In this document: positions 60,021 to 64,000 of the stretch, piece after piece
Layout: the number at the start of each line of letters is the position of its first letter
Numbering within the stretch: the first letter of the stretch is position 1
Origin: Octopus bimaculoides
Taxonomy: Eukaryota
Length of the DNA stretch: 64,000 nucleotides
Direction: 5' to 3'
Assembly: GCF_001194135.2 (NCBI RefSeq)
Contig: NC_068992.1
Coordinates: 57,900,179 to 57,964,178 of the forward strand
Made by a program: the position numbers and the translations under genes
Notes under the pieces: model-generated
Database searches by the model: none
The model's input: the letters and a program-made list of their open reading frames with translations, nothing else
Told to the model about the DNA's origin: nothing

Positions 60021-60920
60021 ATACCATAAGTGCCAGATCATATATCAATAATAATGCTATTCATAAATTTATTGATTACTTTTGCCAAAGCACAAGGCCA
60101 ATTTTTTTCTGTTAACAATATTGATCCTGATATATTACTGGTGTTTAAACCAATAGTTTCTGTGGAATGAAAGACAAAAAAATTGATCAGTGCTAGACGT
60201 CAACTGAAACAAATAATTTATGTAAATCAACACCTTAATACAGTTGCTTATATATTTGGTAATTAGTCCATCTGAAATACAATGGAACTTTTTGTAGAAG
60301 TCTACCCCTAAATATATTACTGGTACTTATACTATACATATGTGAAAGTATTTGGCATGGTGGTTAGGCATTGCACTCATGGTCACAAAATTATGGTTTC
60401 AATTCCCAAACTGGCAGTGTGTTCTTGAGCAAAACACTTCATTTCACATTGCTCCGGTCCACTCAACTGTATCTGTGTAACCCTGCAACAGACACTGGCA
60501 TCCCATTCAGAGGTAATGTTCACCTGCCCACCTATCTAGTGAGGTGGCATTATTAGAAAGCTACAATAGCATAAGGAAGCACATTGTGATCAGCAATGTA
60601 TAACAACATTCAATAGTCTCGTCCATACAGGGATACATTGATATTATATTTATAGATGCTTATCCACATGACCGACCAGGCTATTAGATGTTGTTACACA
60701 TTGCTGGTCACTATGTGCTTTTTGCATTGTTTTAGCCTTCAAATGACGCCACCCCACTGGCTAGGCAAGCAGGTCCCTGATAGAAGGGGGACTAGAGCAA
60801 CGTGAAAGCAAAGTGTTTTGCTCAAGAACACAAAGCACTGTCCAATCAAGGAATCGAACCCACTCTCTGGTGATCATGAGTGCAACGGCCTAACCACCAG
60901 ACCATGCGCTTTCACAGATA

Positions 60921-61318
60921 CTCTTTACTCTTTTACTTGTTTCACTCATTTGACTGCGGCCATGCTGGAGCACCGCTTTTTAGTCGATCAGATCGACCCC
61001 AGGACTTATTCTTTGGAAGCCTAGTACTTATTCTATCGGTCTCTCTTTTGCCGAACCGCTAAGTTACAGGGACGTAAACACACCAGCGTCGGTTGTCAAG
61101 TGATGTTGAGGAGACAAACACACACACACATATATATACATATACATATATATATGACGGGCTTCTTTCAGTTTCCATCTACCAAATCCACTCACAAGGC
61201 TTTGGTCGGCCTGAGGCTATAGTAGAAGACACTTGCCCAAGGTGCCACGCAGTGAGACTGAACCCGGAACCATGTGGTTGGTAAGCAAGCTACTTACCAC
61301 ACAGCCACTCCAGCACCT
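60921..61318 (-). mobile_element. SINE family A, full length
   Basis: Near consensus. Further partial or degenerate family A copies at about 1390-1552(-), 4815-4940(-), 7005-7101(-), 8481-8580(+), 16440-16590(-), 17690-18050(-), 21945-22035(+), 27880-28137(-), 35430-35770(+), 44420-44588(-), 46130-46290(-) and 61905-62120(+). Confidence 0.9.
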
Positions 61319-61669
61319 ATATGTTTATAATATTGATAAAAGGTAAAGTCTGTTTTGGTGGAATTTGAATGCAGAACATAGAGAAATGAAACTAAATATT
61401 CCAAAAGAGGGACTGTTATAAGCATCTGTGAAGGCGCATGGTCTGGTGGTGAGGCTGTAACACTCATGATCACTAGAGAGTGGGTTCAATTCCCTGACTG
61501 GACAGTGCTTTTGTTCTTGAGCAAAACTCTTTGCTTCATGTTGCTCTAGTTCCCCTTCTATCAGGGAGGACTGTTGGCCTGGTCGCCTAGCCATTGGGGT
61601 GGCATCATTTAGTAATTAGTCTGTTGTGTTGGTTGTACCATTTCTGCTACCATATCTCTCTTTGATTGC

Positions 61670-61890
61670 ATTTTATGGAGAGGATCATGAAAATAGAACC
61701 AGTGAAGAGAAATGGGATGAGATGGCTAAGTGAAAAGAGTGATGGAAGTGACTAAGGAAGGAGGTAGAGGAAAAGGAAAGACTGAGAAGGACATAGCTAA
61801 AGGTGATGGGGGTGGAAATGAGAGCAAGGGAGCCGAATTAGGAGGGTCGTAAGAGTCAGGGCAAAGTGGAAGAGACTGCCATGGGATCCA
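61670..61890 (+). mobile_element. Degenerate RTE-like LINE fragment
   Basis: PVKRNGMRWL.. / VKRVMEVTKEGGRGKGR(fs)LRRT*LKVM resembles the RLRWLGHV..R....GxRGRGRPRxTW motif. Confidence 0.5.
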
Positions 61891-63248
61891 GTGCTTTCAA
61901 ACGCTTGTGTGTGTTTCTCTCTCTATTTGTCCCTGCTACCTCTTGACAACTGGTGTTAGTTTGTTTATGTCCCCCATGGTTTAGCTGTTCTGCAAGAGCG
62001 ACTGATTAGAATAAGTACCATACTTAAAAATAAAAAAAAACTGGAATTAATTTGTTAGACTAAATGTATTCGAGGTGGTGCCCCAGTATGGCCACAGTCC
62101 AATGACTGAAACAAGATTAAGATGAGATCATTTACGTGGGTGTACATATGTGAATGTGAGAACAAATTTAGTCTATTTTAGAACTAAATTTAACCAGTTT
62201 TTTTCTTCTTTTTTAATTGTTTGACCTGTTTTATTTTGGTTTCAGTGATCCCATACTCATAGCTCCGTTCTTAGTACTTGACTCTCTCTCTCTCTCTCTC
62301 TTTCCTCTCTCCCTCTATTCTCTCTATCTTTTCTTCCTCTCTCTCTCTCTCTCTTCAAAAAATTCTCTTTCTTCTGTTTGATGTTACTCTGATGGTTATT
62401 TATCTATTGATTTCTTCACCAAATACCAACGTTTACTGTCTGCAGTTTTATAAATAATCAAATCACACTTATTTATATAACTATTCTTATTTATCTAATT
62501 GAAAGACATTGGATTGTTTGTTTTTCTTTCTTCTTTGCATTTTACATTTGTTTTTATTTATTTATTTGTTATTATTATTATTCTTTGCTTTTCTAGTTCG
62601 TTAAATTGTATTTTTTTTTAAATCAGAAATTAGTTTCTCTGTTTCTATATTTGATATTGCTAATTGACTAGGAGACACAATGGGGTGTCTTGTTTTTTTT
62701 TTTTTTTTTTTTTTTTTTAGGACAAGGAAATATAATTGATTGGTCTTGGTCCAGAATATTTCATTTCCATTATGGACTTCTTGAGTCAACTGGTCCCAGT
62801 GCTTATCTCCAGTATCTCTGGCTTTTAGTAGGCAACAGACAAATATTCCCTTCAATAGGACTCTCGTCTGCTGTTAGTAACTTTCTCTTTGGCAGGAATT
62901 GAACTTAACCTTGCAAGGGGTGTCCATTTTCTAGTGCAGCCACTTCTTAAAACAGTGACCTATGCCATCCTGTATTGGAGTCTCTACGTAGTTTTTCTCA
63001 GTCTGCTAGAAATAGAAGCTAAATCTCTCTAATTCACAAGTGAGTCTTTGAAAAAGAAAAGATGAAAGAAAATGGTATTTAGAGGTACACTATTCAATGT
63101 CTGAATATAAATGGAATTGATCATATGTCTGTTTGATCAGGGCTGACCTGAGAGGGTCATGTTACTCAGAGTTTGATGGACCCAGCAATTGAAAAGTTAA
63201 GTGTTTGGGTCACAAACACAACTTTATGCCTGTCATATGATGAGAACC

Positions 63249-63632
63249 GTGGAGGCGCAATGGCCTAGTGGTTAGGGCAGTGGACTCGCAATCATAGGAT
63301 CGCGGTTTCGATTCCCAGACCGGGCGTTGTGAGTGTTTATTGAGCGAATACACCTAAAGCTCCACGAGGCTCCGGCAGGGGATGATGGTGAACCCTGCTG
63401 TACTCTTCCACCACAACTTTCTCTCACTCTTACTTCCTGTTTCTGTTGTGCCTGTAATTCAAAGGGTCAGCCTTGTCACACTGTGTCACACTGAATATAC
63501 CCGAGAACTACATTAAGGGTACACGTGTCTGTGGAGTGCTCAGCCACTTGCACGTTAATTTCACGAGTAAGCTGTTCCGTTGATCGGATCAACTGGAACC
63601 CTCGACGTCGTAAGCGACGGAGTGACAACAAC
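63249..63632 (+). mobile_element. Full-length tRNA-derived SINE with 12-bp target-site duplication
   Basis: A box TGGCCTAGTGG, B box GGTTTCGATTCCC, (caa)n-like tail. TSD atgatgagaacc at 63237-63248 and 63633-63644. Confidence 0.9.
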
Positions 63633-63644
63633 ATGATGAGAACC

Positions 63645-63800
63645 AATGACTCTTTGGTCAGTTGTTTGGACCCTATTGATTGACTGTTTGTACACCTCAG
63701 AACTGTCTGGGCTCATGACATGGCCAACCATGGTATTCTCATCCTGTTCATATCTTCTCCTCTGATCACCCTTGTTGCATCCACCCAATCCCTATACCCT
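63645..63800 (-). mobile_element. Degenerate RTE-like LINE fragment (target of the adjacent SINE)
   Basis: DATRVIRGEDMNRMRIPW(fs)GHVMSPD resembles RLRWLGHVMR. Confidence 0.45.
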
Positions 63801-64000
63801 GACCTTCATTACCAGAACATGAACCCTCTGGAATTTCCTCCCTACTCATGTCTTTCACACAGATGTTAACTTAAAAAAGTTCATTTATTTACTTAAACCC
63901 TTCACTCCGTTGTGCATGGGTCCACCACTCTCAACTCTGGGCTCTTTTCTGTTTTCCATGGTTTTGAATAGTCATTGAGACTTCTGTAACTTTGCTCTTT

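Noticed and set aside
62690-62902. Strong acceptor (T-run + AG) followed by an open frame GQGNIIDWSW...
   Set aside because: No DCTN3 similarity and no clear donor; the opposite strand looks like very degenerate LINE sequence.

Overview
AT-rich eukaryotic scaffold with 8 N-gaps and dense microsatellites. It is most likely from an octopus or other coleoid cephalopod; this is inferred from repeat families and composition, not proven. Two conserved housekeeping genes sit head-to-head with 1073 bp between their start codons. (1) A complete 7-exon minus-strand SRFBP1 (Bud22-like) gene, CDS join(9700-9578, 7309-7221, 6451-6376, 5603-5532, 4522-3633, 2150-1717, 557-445), 598 aa, with a large RGG-rich insert. 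(2) The first 4 coding exons of plus-strand DCTN3 (dynactin p22/p24): 10774-10872, 24639-24723, 25585-25671, 46881-46964. The remaining DCTN3 exons were not found and lie in gaps or beyond the window. DCTN3 introns (13.8 kb, 0.86 kb, 21.2 kb, >17 kb) are packed with tRNA-derived SINEs of at least 4 families, a (GAT)n-tailed retroposon family, RTE and CR1-type LINE fragments, a piggyBac transposase fossil, a Tc1/mariner fossil carrying a 4x40-bp internal tandem repeat, several TTAA-flanked and foldback MITEs, and a decayed initiator tRNA-Met. The most notable unannotated signals are a cluster of minimal type I hammerhead-ribozyme motifs, probably from Penelope-like retroelements, at 43.4-44.3 kb (plus one at 17.3 kb), and a sense-oriented piggyBac ORF preceded by an in-frame splice acceptor that could act as an exon trap for DCTN3. 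No CRISPR array, rRNA or prokaryotic system is present. Almost all ORFs in the supplied track are repeat or microsatellite artefacts. Repeat boundaries are approximate; exon coordinates were derived base by base.
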